Assembly (NCBI RefSeq): GCF_963921235.1
Contig: NC_086097.1
Span: 194,992,001-195,056,000, forward strand
From: Mobula hypostoma
Lineage: Eukaryota
Reading direction: 5' to 3'
Length of the DNA: 64,000 bases
A model generated the notes under the pieces. That model had not been told where the DNA came from, searched no databases, and saw only the letters and a program-made list of their open reading frames with translations. Positions 26,287 to 38,920 of this stretch are shown in pieces. A program made the translations under genes and the position numbers. Position 1 is the first letter of the stretch, and the number at the start of each line of letters is the position of its first letter.

Positions 26287-26494
26287 AACACAAGAGATTC
26301 TGTAGATGCTGAAAATCCGAAGTAACACACATAAAATGCTGAAGGTACCCAGAAGGTTATGCAGCATCTATGGCAAGGAAGAAAGAGTCTACATTTTGGT
26401 CTGTATGAAGGGGCTTGGCCCAAAATGTTGACTTACTCCTTTCCATAGGTGCTGCCTGACCTGCTGGGTTCCTCCAGTATTTTGTCTATGTTAC
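26287..26494. mobile_element. Head-to-head inverted pair of Penelope-derived hammerhead-family repeats
   Basis: 26287-26401 matches the family on the minus strand. 26402-26494 matches it on the plus strand (atgaaggggcttggcccaaaatgttgac...). Confidence 0.7.
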
Positions 26495-26541
26495 AGTAAC
26501 AGAAGTTGGAGTCTTTGGTGCAGAAGAGGTTCATCAGGATG

Positions 26542-26662
26542 CGTCCTTAGCCCAAAACATCAAATGTTTATTTCCCTCCATATATGCTGCCTGGCCTGAG
26601 ATCCTCCAACATTTGAATATGTTGCTTTAGTCTTCCAATATATGCAGAATCTCTTGTGTTTG
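26542..26662 (+). mobile_element. Third TSD-flanked hammerhead-family short insertion (core deleted)
   Basis: Starts cGTCCT, then resumes at agcccaaaacatc. Degenerate TSD tcatcaggatg (26531-26541) and tcacccggacg (26663-26673). Confidence 0.6.
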
Positions 26663-26963
26663 TCACCCGGACGTTTCTTGGATTGGAAAGTTAGAAGAGG
26701 GCAAAGTTGGCTTGTTTCTGCTGGAGTGTATGAGGCTGAAGGTGACTTGAAAGATATAAGAAACTATGAGAGGCCTAGAGAGAGAAGATGGTCAGTCTTT
26801 TTCCCAGGATGGAAATGTCAAATACTAGAAAGCATTGGTTTAATTTGAGAGGGGGTAAATTTAAAACATACTGTACTTACGAGGCAAGGTATTAACACAA
26901 GGAGTGGTATGTACCTGGAATGTGCTAGCAGGGCAAGTGGTGGAAGCAAATTTAGTAGCAATA

Positions 26964-27383
26964 TTTACTTTACTTTATTGTCACCAAACAATTGATACTA
27001 GAGTGTACAATCATCACAGCAATATTTGATTCTGCGCTTCGCGCTCCTTGGATTACAAATCGAAAGTAAATATTAAAAATTTAAATTATAAATCATAAAT
27101 GAAAAATTGAAAAGGAAAAGTAAGATGGTGCAAAAAAAACCGAGAGGCAGGTCCGGATATTTGGAGGGTACGGCCCAGATCTGGGTCAGAATCCGTTCGG
27201 CAGTCTTATCATAGTTGGAAAGAAGCTGTTCCCAAATCTGGCCGTACGAGTCTTCAAGCTCCTGAGCCTTCTCCCGGAGGGAAGAGGGACGAAAATTGTG
27301 TTGGCTGGGTGGGTCGTGTCCTTGACTACCCTGGCAGCACTGCTCCGACAGCGTGCGGTGTAAAGTGAGTCCAAGGACGGAAG
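26964..27383 (-). mobile_element. Young Rex1-like LINE 3' end
   Basis: ORF 27186-27374 reads VVKDTTHPAN...LPSGRRLRSLKTRTARFGNSFFP. CpGs are retained, and the tail is (aaagt)n after aataaa. Confidence 0.85.
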
Positions 27384-27769
27384 AAGAATTTAGCAAGACA
27401 CATGAACAGGCTGGGATATGGACCTTGTGCAGGCAGATGGGATTAGTTCAAATCGATATGAGCATCATGGGACACAAGGCCTGATGCTTTGCTGTACTGT
27501 TCTATGTTTTACAGTTAATCTCCCCTCTCCATTCTCCTCGACATGTCTGTATCCTGTGTGACTGCAGTCAATATCATCCTCCATCACCCCTTCCTTTTCC
27601 ATAACCCTGCTGTTGTACCATTCCTGTCTATGCCATTGTACAATTGTAGTTTTAGTATTACAGAAATAATTCTGTTGTCTCTTGTCTCTAAGAAGGAACC
27701 ACAGCTATTTTTATGAATGAGAAACAACATTAGTATCATTGAAAAACTAGACAGAACCACAGAAGAGCT

Positions 27770-28250
27770 TTGGACAATATGTTCATGTAATGTCTGCTGT
27801 TGCCTATTTCCAACTCCGTAAGATCATTTGAACACTGTCTGCCTCAGCTTATATACTGCAGAAGATTTTATTTGTGTCTTTATTATTTCTGGTTCTGGCA
27901 ATTCCAGCACAGTCCTTGCTACCTTATCTGTCACACCTTCCATCATTTTGAAGACAATCAGAACTTTATTGTTTTGTCCAACTTTTATACAAAGAACATT
28001 CATCCATTAAGCTTGTCCTTGATTACCCATGCTCATGCTCATTTTAGCAATTCAATGGCCTTAACCTCTATTTTGGTAATCTGCTCTAAAATAGCTACAT
28101 TATATCTCTTAGGATGTCTGTGTCATCTCCAAATTTAATCTTTCCAGTGTATTTTCAACTTTCAACTTTGAATTTACTTGCTAAACTTTTCTGCTTCTTT
28201 AATATTTCCCCCCACCATAAGGGTATTACTCAAAAGGTTTTCGTGTGACA
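27770..28250 (+). mobile_element. Ancient L2-clade LINE relic
   Basis: Decayed peptides AYFQLRKI and TAEDFICVFIISG resemble the L2 post-RT motif AYFHLRNI...AETLIHAFxTSRLDY. Confidence 0.55.
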
Positions 28251-28274
28251 AAGCTTTCAAGTATGTCTTCATTC

Positions 28275-28630
28275 AGAGAATCATGGGATCATGACATTCA
28301 ATATAGAAGCAGATTCTTATGGCCACTTTGTCGATGTCAACCATGATGACTGTCTAAACTAATCTCTGTTCAGCTAATAGCTCTTCAGATGTCCTTTAAA
28401 TATTGTAATAGCATCTGTCTCCACTATCTTTTCTAGTGGCTCATTCCAAATATTCACCTCCATCTGTGTGAAAAAAACCACCACTGAACTCCTTTAGATT
28501 TCTCTCCTCTTACCTTAAACTGTGCCCTCTAGTTCTGGAGTTGCTTGACTTAGAAAAAAATCTGTTGTCTATTGCATATTTGCCCCTTATAACTTTGTAA
28601 ATCTTTGTAGTCACCACACCAGCCTCATAC
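28275..28630 (-). mobile_element. Old CR1 3' fragment
   Basis: ctcattccaaatattcacctccatctgtgtgaaaaaa and ttaccttaaactgtgccctctagtt are reversed FFTQxxVxIWN and TRGHSLR motifs. Confidence 0.6.
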
Positions 28631-29179
28631 CTCAACCCAACATCCTCCGAAGTTCCGTGTCTCAGTGTATTGTAATGCACAATATCCTCTTAAAACATCT
28701 TAGGGCACTTATAGCATCCAGGGTACTTTGTAAATGGAAGTTGTTATTGCTGCTGTTGTTGTTGCCCTGAAGCTAAAGAATTTGGTAAACATTATTTCCT
28801 CCCAATGGTAACACATTCATGTGTGCAAAGCTCCTATTGGTAGTTGTTCGTGTTTGGCAGGCAAGTTAATTTTGTCTTTCACAGTTTTTTTCTGTCATGT
28901 ATTTCCTGATCTTGTTGCAGTTTATTTTATTTCTAGAACTTGCATTCATCTGATGAGCACCCTTCTGGTGTGTGATGTAGGTGGATTCAGGCCACTGCCA
29001 AAGATCATTCCACTTCAAGCTAGAATTATCTTCAATGATCAGATCCATGTCTGTTCAGTAAATTTGACTTCCTTATTTGAAGTCAATTAACACATTTTCC
29101 AGTTGTACTGTATCTGTTGTTGTTATTGCCATGTCATTTCTTTTGGGGTTCACAGGTCCCTTTGGTTTATTTACAGTAT

Positions 29180-29475
29180 ATTCAGGTCTCCAAACAGTAG
29201 CCAGGATGTAGGGTACAAATTACGATGGGAGATAGAAAAGGCATGTAAAAAGGGTAATATTATGAGGGACATAGAGGATTTCAATATGCAGTTAGATTGT
29301 GAAAATCAGGTAGGTGCTGGATCCCAAAAGAAGGAATTTGTAGAATACAAATGAGATGGTTTTTCAAAGGTAGTTGAGTCCATTATGAAGAAAGCAATTC
29401 AGGATTGAGTGTTGTGTAATGAACCAGATTTGATTAGGGAATTTAAGATAAAGGAACCCTTAGGAGACAATGAAA
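29180..29475 (+). mobile_element. CR1 endonuclease-domain fragment
   Basis: RSPNSSQDVGYKL...EDFNMQLD and VLCNEPDLIREFKIKEPLGDN. Confidence 0.75.
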
Positions 29476-30026
29476 TGGGTGAATACTTATGCAATCAATT
29501 ATCTTGTATTTTAAATTTGTAATTAATTTAGATTACTTTGTAGAGTTCTGTTTTCACTGGCATGAAAGAATCTTTTTCTCCTGATCAGTGTCAAAAAGAG
29601 CAAAATTAAATCCACAGTGATTCAATGTTGTAAAACAATAAAACATGAAAACTTCTGGGGGGGGGGCGTGAATTGTTTTAAATATTTCCTTAAGCACAAT
29701 TATCTAATTCTGATGGATTATTTTTTACCTCATTAGAAGTTGGTCTGAGCATTGTTTTGGTAGCAACATGAATCATCTTGAAAATCCGAATAAGGCCAAT
29801 AAAGGGAATTTTGTTTTGAAAATACACAAAATAATTGCTTAAAAGTAGTTTTCATTTTCCTGGCTTGGTTTATTCTTTATCATGAGAGTTTTGTACTGAT
29901 ATTAATGTGGACCACCCGATCTCTGATGATTGTGTCACCTGCATGTTAAAGTTGCAGGATTCATTAGTAAATTAATGTGACTCTTTACTGTAAGCAACAG
30001 TAATCTTATTCCAAAAGTTGTTCCAT

Positions 30027-30325
30027 GGGCTTCACAGTAGCATAGCACTTAGCATGATGCTATTACAGCTTGGGGCGTTCCAGCCTTTGGAGTTCAATTC
30101 CAGAGCCATTGTGTAAGGAGTCTGTACATCCTCCTTGTGGAATGAATGGGCTTTCCCTGGGTGCTCCAGTTTCCTCCCACCATCCAAGTCCAAGGGTGGG
30201 TGAATTGGTCATGTAAATTGTTCCGTGATTAGGTTAGGGTGAATTGGGTTTGTCAGGGGTTGTACAGCATGGCTCAACAAGTCAAAGGTCCTACTCCATG
30301 CTCTATCGCTAAATAAAATAAATAA
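30027..30325 (+). mobile_element. tRNA-derived V-SINE (full-length, diverged)
   Basis: Box A-like tagcatagc, box B gagttcaattcc, V-domain gggctttccctgggtgctccagtttcctcccac, and an (aaat)n tail. Confidence 0.8.
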
Positions 30326-31299
30326 CATTACAGGTGTACAATAATGTTCATAGATATACTGATAACGAAGTAAAACCGTCAGGCAGATTGAGGCTGTGAG
30401 TTCCAGATGACTGAGAAAAATTGTTGGTCCAATTTAAATTTTGAGCTTAATTCAAATATTCATTTAGTACAAGAGGCAACACAGAACAGTTACCAGAAGA
30501 AACAAGTGTGCTGTTGCATATGTATGTTGGAATGAGTATTCCCCCTCTGTGGTAGGACAGAGGTTATTTCCAAGGCAGGAAAGGTGCACCTTTATGTAAT
30601 GTTTATTTGGATATTGTTTCCCCTTGGAAGAAGATGTCCAACATACTTGCCATGTCTCTTTCTCTTTCCTACCGACAGTCATTTAGGCAAGTTCTATTTG
30701 TTTCCACGCAGGCCCCACAGAAAGTCCATCAGACTCCAAATGTCATTATAGGAACCTGAATTACATTTACGTATGCTCTTATCATTAGAATCTGCTTCCA
30801 CTCTCAAAATTACAAGTGATAGTCATACCGCACATAAGGTGCTTTGGCCCACTGAATCTGTGCTGATTATTAGGTATCCATTGATATAAAAGCTATAGTT
30901 ATTCCAGTCTATTCTGAGGCCCGAGCACAGATGCTGTGCAAAGTATTAACCCAATCTGCACTGGCTTCCTCCAACATAATGGAGACAACACGGTAAACAC
31001 AGTATGTGGTAGACTAGATTGGAAGAAGAACAAGTTCATCACTGCTTCATCTTAAATTATTGTTTGGGGCCATGGATGGTGGGAAGCGAGAGCCAAATTC
31101 ATTGGTGCCAATGGAAGATAGTGGTAGGTGAGAACAGAAAAGCAAAATAGAGCTGGCATATATTGGAAAGGATTATCCATTGTATGTGAAGACTGCTGAG
31201 GAGGAAGGTGAGTACCAAGAGAGGTCGATCTTCGTTCTGTTCTAGTACAGAAGTAGTGAGAACAGTCGTGTGCGAAAAGGAGAAAATGCACTCAAGAAT

Positions 31300-31658
31300 T
31301 CCAATGTGATAGAAGGGAATAAGAGGAATAGATAGAGTGGATAGCCAGCGCCTCTTCCCCAGGGCACCATTGCTCAATACAAGAGGACATGGCTTTAAGG
31401 TAAGGGGTGGGAAGTTCAAGGGGGCTATTAGAGGAAGGTTTTTTACTCAGAGAGTGGTTGGTGCGTGGAATGCACTGCCTGAGTCAGTGGTGAAGGCAGA
31501 TACACTAGTGAAGTATAAGAGACTACCAGACAGGTATATGGAGGAAATTAAGGTGGGGGCTTATATGGGAGGCAGGGTTTAAGGGTCAGCACAATATTGT
31601 GGGCCGAAGGGCCTGTACTGTGTTATACTATTCTATGTTCTATGTTCTATGTTCTATG
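31300..31658 (+). mobile_element. CR1 3' end
   Basis: ORF 31337-31582 reads RLFP...TRGHGFKVRG...FFTQRVVGAWNALP. Tail is (ttctatg)n. Confidence 0.9.
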
Positions 31659-31872
31659 AAGCCACATTTTAGGAAGAAGAAGAATATTTGAAAGATACCA
31701 GAATGGATGGTCTCATCATTGGAGTAAATACAATGATGAAGAAACTGGGTGAAATAAATAGCATCCTTACATTAGACAAGGTGAGAAAATGTATAATCAA
31801 GGTAGCTATGGGTGTGTGGAAGATTTTGATGATTAGTCTCAGATAGAGAAAGAGAGATCCAGAAAGAGAGGG

Positions 31873-32548
31873 TTTAGATTTAGATTATGAGGACACGCAG
31901 TCCTTTTTTATTGTCATTTAGTAATGCATGCATTAAGAAATGATACGATGTTCCTCCAGAATGATATCACAGAAACACAAGACAAACCAAGACTAAAAAA
32001 ACTGACAAAAACCACATAATTATAACATATAGTTACAACAGTGCAAAGCAATACCGTAATTTAATAAAGAACAGACTATGGGCACGGTAAAAAACATCTC
32101 AAAGTCTCTTGAAAGTCCCATCATCTCATGCAGACGGTAGAAAGAAGAGAAACCCTCTTCCTGCCATGAACCTCCAGCACCGCAAACTTGCCGATGCAGC
32201 ACCCTGGAAGCACCCGACCACAGCCGACTCTTGAGTCCGTCCGAAAACTTTGAGCCTCCGACCAGCCCTCTGACACCGAGCAATATCTCTGCCGAGTGCC
32301 TTGACCCCGGCCCTGGCAACAGGCAATAGGCAAAGCCGAGGATCTGGGGCCTTCCCTTCCAGAGATTCTCGACTGCACAGTAGCAGCAGCAGTGAAGCAG
32401 GTATTTCAGAAGTTTCTCCAGATGTTCCTCTGTGCTTCTCACGTCTGTCTCCATCAAATCAGAATTGTGCACGGTACCTACTTAACAAATACGATATCAT
32501 TTCGGAGCGGCCGTGCGTGCAGTGTCGTGCCGCCACCTCCTCCTCCCC
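31873..32548 (-). mobile_element. Non-autonomous, non-coding retroposon (~675 bp), copy 1
   Basis: Collinear with 56890-57518 end to end. GA-rich 5' end ggggaggaggaggtggcggc and a 3' gacaataaaa signal followed by a (tctaa)n-type tail. Confidence 0.85.
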
Positions 32549-34009
32549 ACCTGGACTGCATGGACTGCATTATTGTGAGTATTGTGTATTGGCAGCAAAA
32601 GTGATGACATGTTCAAGTTCTGTATGTGTGCAGTTGTGGCACAAATGCAGTCATCAAACAGGCCATATTGACTGTTCCTTTTAGAGTCTCCTCTATGATG
32701 TCAGATATATGACAATATCATGCACTGGCTGCTTATAGTCTTTAGAAGTGTTGGTTATGAGAGTTACACCCTCATAGTCGTATCTACACTTTGATTCAGC
32801 CACACATTTTAGATGTAAGACATCTATTTGTAATAGGGTCCCAGCAAACAGCAAACCTTTGGCCTCATTAATCAAGTTGCATTCAACTTCTGAATGGTCT
32901 ATTCAATATATAATTTAATTGAAATTCTAAATTATGTGTTAATTTCACTTCTGATTTTCCAACATATGAAATTAATCTCCTGCACTTCCATCCCCTGCTG
33001 TAAGCAGGGACAATGACCTGATAGAACAAAGCAAATGATCCAATAAAATCATTAATAAAGGGACAACGTTTTTTTGTTTTTAACTTATTCAGATACCCTC
33101 ATTTAATTTAGACCCATGATGTGTGATTGTCTACAGAGATATTTACTTTAATTAAAAAAAGATCAATGGTTAGTCTAGAGAAATGAATTTAAAAGAACTT
33201 CCAAAGAAACATACAGATATATTCCATGAAAAATGCGGCTTGCACACTGTAAGATATTTAAAGGTCAAGGAATAGGGTTACACCGCTGAGCATAATTGGT
33301 AAACTGAACATCATTATCTAACAAGCACCTGGTTTACTTCTTTGGAAGAATTTATCTTAATTATGTTTCATGCTATTTTTTGTTGTAATTTTCCCAGCTA
33401 CAGTTGCTATAATAGGTGACTATGTTTTGCTGTTATGGAGAGAACCAGACAGAATTTATTAATACTAATACAACCCACTGTGTGGCTTCCGAATCAATTA
33501 TTTTTGAACTGTTTTTAAAATGTAGCAACACGGATCTGGCAATTTGTAGCCGTATCAGCTATTGCAAGTTTCTACACATAAGCATCTTCAATTGCTGATC
33601 ATTTTAAATTAATGAAAACAAAGTTCAGGTTCAGAATTAACACAGCTGATGTTTCAAATAACAAGAAAAATATAAAACCAATGACATTTAAAGCTCATTA
33701 ATTGTATTGTACCTTGTTTCCCTGAAAAGAGGCGTAGATACTGCGTTTCTCGTTAAAGATAAGTTAGTATATTTTCAGTGCAAGATTCCCAATTGTCAAA
33801 GTTATTGCTTGGTGTGGTCTTCTTTTGGCTGCATGTTATAAGTATTACATCTATGAGTTTAGCACTGTTAATTATACAGTTTGTATGTATGTTCATGTTG
33901 TGAGATTACCTATAGTTAGTAACAGAAATAAAGAACCATTGGATTTTAAATGCAAATGACAGCTCAGTTTAATTTAGCATTTTTTAGCCTTTGTTATCTT
34001 GTCAGGTAC

Positions 34010-34720
34010 AAAGAACAGAAGAAAACAAAGCAGGAGTAGACCACCTCAGTCTTGCAAGTCTGCCCCACCATTTAAGATGATCGTGACTGAGCAAATTCTA
34101 TACTCCTCAGTTTTAAATTAGCAACCTCTAACCTTGAAACTATGTCTCCTAGTCCATGACTCTCCTGCTAGTGAACGCATGTCAGTATCTACCCGGTCGG
34201 ATACTTTTAGGATTTTATATATTCGATTAAGATTACTCCCCATTGTTTTAAACTCCAGGGAATATAGACCAAAGCTGTCTAATATCTCCTCGATAAACTA
34301 AACCTTTGATTCTAGGAATTAACCAAGTAAATCCCTATTGACTGGCTCCAGTGCTACTATATCTCTTTTTTTAATATCACAAGACCAAAAATGTGCATAG
34401 TTTTTCAAGTGAGGCTACACCAACTCTTTCACAACAAAGGCCAAAATGCCATTTGCTTTCTTAACTACTTAATGGACCCTGATAACCTTTTTGATTCATG
34501 CACAAGAATCCCCAAATCCCCCTACATTAATTTGCTGTCTCCCTCTATTTAGATAATAATGTGTTTTGTTTCCTCTTGCTGAAATGTATGCCTTCACACT
34601 TCCCCCTCATTAAATTCAATTTGCTAAGTTTTGTCCAACCACACAATCTATCTATACCCAATGCAGAATTACAATGCTCTCATCACAACATACACTTCCA
34701 CCTATTTTCATATCACTAGC
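34010..34720 (-). mobile_element. Old CR1 3' fragment
   Basis: gcaggagtagacca tail region, and aagaccaaaaatgtgcatag...caagtgagg (reversed PHLE..FW). Confidence 0.6.
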
Positions 34721-35952
34721 CAAACCTTCTCTATTGTGTATATTCAATGCTTCCACAAATAAGACAGTAGGTGTCACTTCAAAGCAAATGAAAAAGAATT
34801 GTAGAAAATATGTGATTTGTATATAAACACAATAATAACCTTACCTTCAATTTCCTTGCGCTGCTCGTAATGAGAGCAAAATTTTCTATCTTGGCCATGA
34901 CCGTCATTCTTGTTGAATGTTTTTAAGACAAGAAATGGGTAATACAATAGATAGGCGAAAGAAAATGAGTATGAGATCAGCTTGGTCAGAATTAATCAAA
35001 AGGTGTGGGCTGGTTGAAACCAATATATTGTTCAAAGAAGATGTACTGTAATGTATCACTTTGTTCTGAAACTTAGACCGGTGTATAAAACAGATACTTT
35101 GCAGGCTAAACTATGATAAAGGATAATGAACTTTATCTAAAGGAATTATTTTCACCTGATAACCAAATAGAACTGGTGAGATAAAAAAGGGAAGAGAACA
35201 TAAAGAGAAAATATTTGTCCACTTCTTCCAGTCGTTTATTATTTGCATGGAACTTTTTTTTATTTGTCATGAGTCATACTTCTGTAATTGTAGATGTGTT
35301 CCAAAAGTTATCTGTTTACTCCGAAAAAGTGAGCAAAACTCACTTGTAAATGGTTGAGGGTAATTCTTTCTAAAATCAGACATGGATTTGAACTTTCCCC
35401 TCACTTTGCCTTTGAGTTATAAGGCATAGGGTTTAGTTTGGTATTTATGTAGTAATGCCAACTTCTGAATGAAATATTAAATTGAATTAGAACATCCTGC
35501 TGCTCTATTTGGAACGGAATGTATACCTCGAGTCCTGACTGATATTCCTAGCTATAAAATTACCAAATATGAAACCAAACAATTAGAAGGAATAATTGTT
35601 ACATGCTTGCAGAATGTTTTCCATCAAAATATTATGCTAATTAATGTCATGAAGAAGGAATTGCGTAAGAACAGAATTTAAAGATTTTGTGGGATATACT
35701 ACTCCCTAAAAGTGGATAGGTTGTGGTAGGGGATGGGAGAAAACAAATTATGGGTTTTAGAGGACTCATTTCTGGGATTAGCTATTGTATATCTAGGTGA
35801 GAACTCCAATACATTGAAGACAGGGACTTAATAATTGGTCAGGAATGGATCCCTTTTGATACAACAAATATCCTTTGAGATTTTAATAAGGTATTTGTGG
35901 ATTGTTTTTAATCTGGCTCCATATTTAATGGCCAATTGACATTTTCTATAGT

Positions 35953-36050
35953 AAAACATACAAAATGCTGGAGGAACTCAGCAGGTCAGGTAGCATTTAT
36001 GGAAAGGAGTAAAGAGTTGATATTTTGGGCTGAGACACTTCTTCATGATA
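35953..36050 (-). mobile_element. Hammerhead-family short repeat (degenerate)
   Basis: caaaatgctggaggaactcagcaggtcagg...ttttgggctgagacacttcttca is the reverse complement of the 1801-1933 family. Confidence 0.7.
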
Positions 36051-36679
36051 CTTTCTGTAACTCAGGACATTGACCAGAAAAAAATGCTGGTATTATCAGC
36101 AGCTGGGTACCTACTTAAATTAATGCAAGCTCTATCTGAATAAAGGTGCACGTAGTTAATAGTATCAGGAAATGTTAAATGATTTCAGAGCACACATTAA
36201 GAGATCAGACTCTTATAAAGATGCTATTATATTGTAAAGATTTATAATTTTTTTCAGTTATTTTAACTTTGGAGTCTGCCCTAAAATTGTCAGTGTTTGC
36301 AGAATTCAAATAAATGCAATTAGATATTGGAATGAAAAAAAATTCTTAATTCATTTTACTACTTTATATTCATATCCCAATATGATTCCAGCTTTAATAT
36401 CTCAGTTTAAAATGATCTATGCTGTCACTATAAGCTTTGTATCTACAGTTCACTTTAAAACCTGCAATATTTGCTCTTCCAATTTCACACTGCTTTGGAA
36501 GCTATCCTAAAGTTGTGATTTTTATTCATGATCTTGTTTTAGGACTCTCTATTTCTAAGTCAATGCTAATAATACTGGGTTAGTCGATCAATACTGCTGT
36601 AGGTCTGAAAAAGTTCATCTTTGCTTTTCCATCAGTCAATCATGAAACCTGAACAATCAAGGTCACAAAATATGAAAAA

Positions 36680-37275
36680 AAAATCAGAAAATGCTGAAAA
36701 CATCTTGAAGACCTTACATCACAACCAGGAAAGAGTTTAGAAAGGCAAAGACGATGAAGGAGATGCGGATAATACACAAAGAAATATCTCTTAGAGGTTA
36801 AGGCCGGGATTACCTTAGGGACATGTTATAATGGTCATCAGTTTGATGGGTTAGTGGGTGCACTTAAATAAAGAAAGATAGAGTAAGAAAGAGAGAGAAT
36901 TAGCAGAACTTGCGAAGTAAAGCCGCTTAGACATAGAGAATTCAAATAAATTAACTGCTCTTATTTCATAGTCTTTCTCTCTTTCTCTAATTGCCTCCAT
37001 TCTCCCATTGACAAGATAACTTCTAAGATTAAAACCCATGGTAGCCCTGACCTCACCCTATCAGAGATTATCCCTTTGCTTTATCCGTCCATCCAATATA
37101 TCTCTGTAACTTAAAACAAATATGTTTTCTTTCCATCCCATTTTATTGACAGCTCTTTAACCATAAACATTAACTCTGGTTTTCTTTCCACTGATGCTGC
37201 CTGAGTTGTTGAGTGTTTCCAGCATTTTCTGTTTTTATTTCAGATTTCCAGCTCTTGCAGTGTTTTGATTTTCAC
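36680..37275. mobile_element. Older Penelope-like terminal-repeat relic with partially inverted arms
   Basis: cagaaaatgctgaaaaca at ~36685 is inverted relative to tgtttccagcattttctg at ~37215. The 3' part matches the family tail. Confidence 0.45.
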
Positions 37276-37599
37276 TTCCTGAGCATTTTGGATCTCTGAG
37301 AGCATCATTACAGCCCAAATAGATAGCTTGTTAACTGGTGGGGAATGTGAAAATGCCAAATGCAGGTTGCTGTTAATTGGCTTTCTTTCTCCTTATCATT
37401 TTCAATAAATACAAGGCATGAATGAAACTGGAGGAAGCCTAGAAACACCCATCTATTTAATGGACACATATGACTCAAAGATAGAAATAGGCCAACTTTA
37501 ACATTTATTTTCAACAGCTGCATATTTATTCATAGAGAGAAGTGAATCCATATTCATTTCCTAACTCTGGGGTAAATGGAGTGTTCAGTCCATACAAAT

Positions 37600-38920
37600 G
37601 ACTTTAAGCTTCCTGACTCTTGCCACTTTATTTCATCCCATTCTCGTCCTAACCTTTCTGCTGTACCTCCTCTACTTTTACAATAAGGTTCAATGCAAGC
37701 TTGAAGAAAAGTACCTAATTTTCTGTCTGGGCTTGCTACAATGTTTGACTCATTTCTGAATTCTCCAACTCTAGGTAACTCAATCTTTCCTCCTGTCTGC
37801 ATCAGAATTGGACATCTGTTCCTGTCATCATTTTGGAACAGTTTTCCTTTTTCTATTTGTAACCTGGCTGTTGGACATGTCCTACAGCTTTGCTCTTACA
37901 AACACATTACATGGAGAAAGAATCTTAATGTCCTTCTAAATGTTACTCCTACTACCATACTTGGTAATTTGGTCTCCTCCTATCAGTATCATCCCCTCTG
38001 CTCTTTCCATCCCTTCTACAGTCCTTCTGCAACTGAGAATGAATTTGCTTTTCTCTTTCACTGTTGATGAAGAGTCTCATATTTGAAGTGTTAACTGGTG
38101 GACAATAGACATCTACAACACATTACAGGCCCTTTGGCCCACAATGTTGTGCCAACCATGTAACCTACTCTAGAAACTGCCTAGAATTTCCCTCTCACAT
38201 AGCATTCTATTTTTCTGAGCTCCATGTACCTGTCCAAGAGTCTCTTAAAAGACCCTGTTGTATTCACCTCCACCCCCGCCACAGGCAGTGCATTCCATGC
38301 ACCCACCCCTCTCTGTGCGAAAAACTTATACCTGACATCTCCTCTGTACCTACTTCCAAGCACCTTAAAACTGTGTCCTCTCATGCTAGCCATTTCAGCC
38401 CTGGGATAAAGCCTCTGTCTATCCACACGATCAATACCTCTCATCATCTTATACACCTCTATCAGGTCACCTCTCATCCTCCTCTGCTCCAAGGAGAAAA
38501 GGCCAAGTTTACTCAATGTATTCTCATAAGGCACACTCTCCAATCCAGGCAACATCCTTGTAAATTTCCTCTGCGCTCTTTCTATAGTATGTACATCTTT
38601 CCTGTAGTGAGGTGACCAGAACTGAGCACAGTTCTTCAGGTGGGGTCTAACCATGGTCTTATATAGCTGTAACATTACCTCACAGTTCTTGAACTCATTC
38701 CACGGTTGATGAAGGCCATCACACCATACACCTTCTTAACAACACTGTTAACCTGTGCAACAGCTTTGAGTGTCCTACGGACATGGACCCCAAGATCTCC
38801 CTGATCCTCCACACTGTCAAGAGGTTTTCTTTCCTCAGCTGTTCTTTGATCTACTCAGTGTTTCTAGCATATTCTGTTTAATTTCATATTTTCAATGCCA
38901 TCTGTTTTCTTGAATTTCAA
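37600..38920 (+). mobile_element. Penelope-like 3' end (GIY-YIG C-terminus, UTR, degenerate hammerhead), split by a CR1
   Basis: QCKLEEKYLIFCLGLLQ...EFSNSR* at ~37690-37778. ttgatgaagagtctc...gaagtgttaac at ~38064-38095. The tail resumes at ~38823. Confidence 0.65.
38100..38822 (-). mobile_element. CR1 3' portion
   Basis: ORF 38181-38675 reads LQLYKTMVRPHLKNCAQFWSP...LEQRRMRGDLIEVYK...WNALP. Confidence 0.9.

Larger units (their letters stand above)
26505..27510 (+). mobile_element. Decayed CR1 3' portion carrying two nested insertions
   Basis: gtgcagaagaggttcatcaggatg (VQKRFIRM), later CR1 C-terminal motifs, and the tail tgtactgttctatgtt. Confidence 0.7.
30900..32665 (-). mobile_element. 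Decayed Penelope-like element (RT and GIY-YIG), interrupted by two insertions
   Basis: Minus-strand decayed peptides DDCIC...ELEHVITFAAN (~32595-32665), FLDLS...HSYLDYT...KDAI..QFL (31660-31872) and TCSSSNLVY...YVG (30960-31040). Confidence 0.75.

Noticed and set aside
27770..28140. Minus-strand open stretch (…KMMEGVTDKVARTVLELPEPE…) as a viral or transposase relic
   Set aside because: The plus strand is better explained as a decayed L2 LINE.
30027..30110. tRNA gene
   Set aside because: A/B-box-like motifs belong to a degenerate V-SINE head, and no cloverleaf can be formed.
33713..33721. Possible 9-nt minus-strand microexon (ttttcag|GGAAACAAG|gtacaa)
   Set aside because: Weak donor and no supporting gene context. 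Cannot be distinguished from chance.
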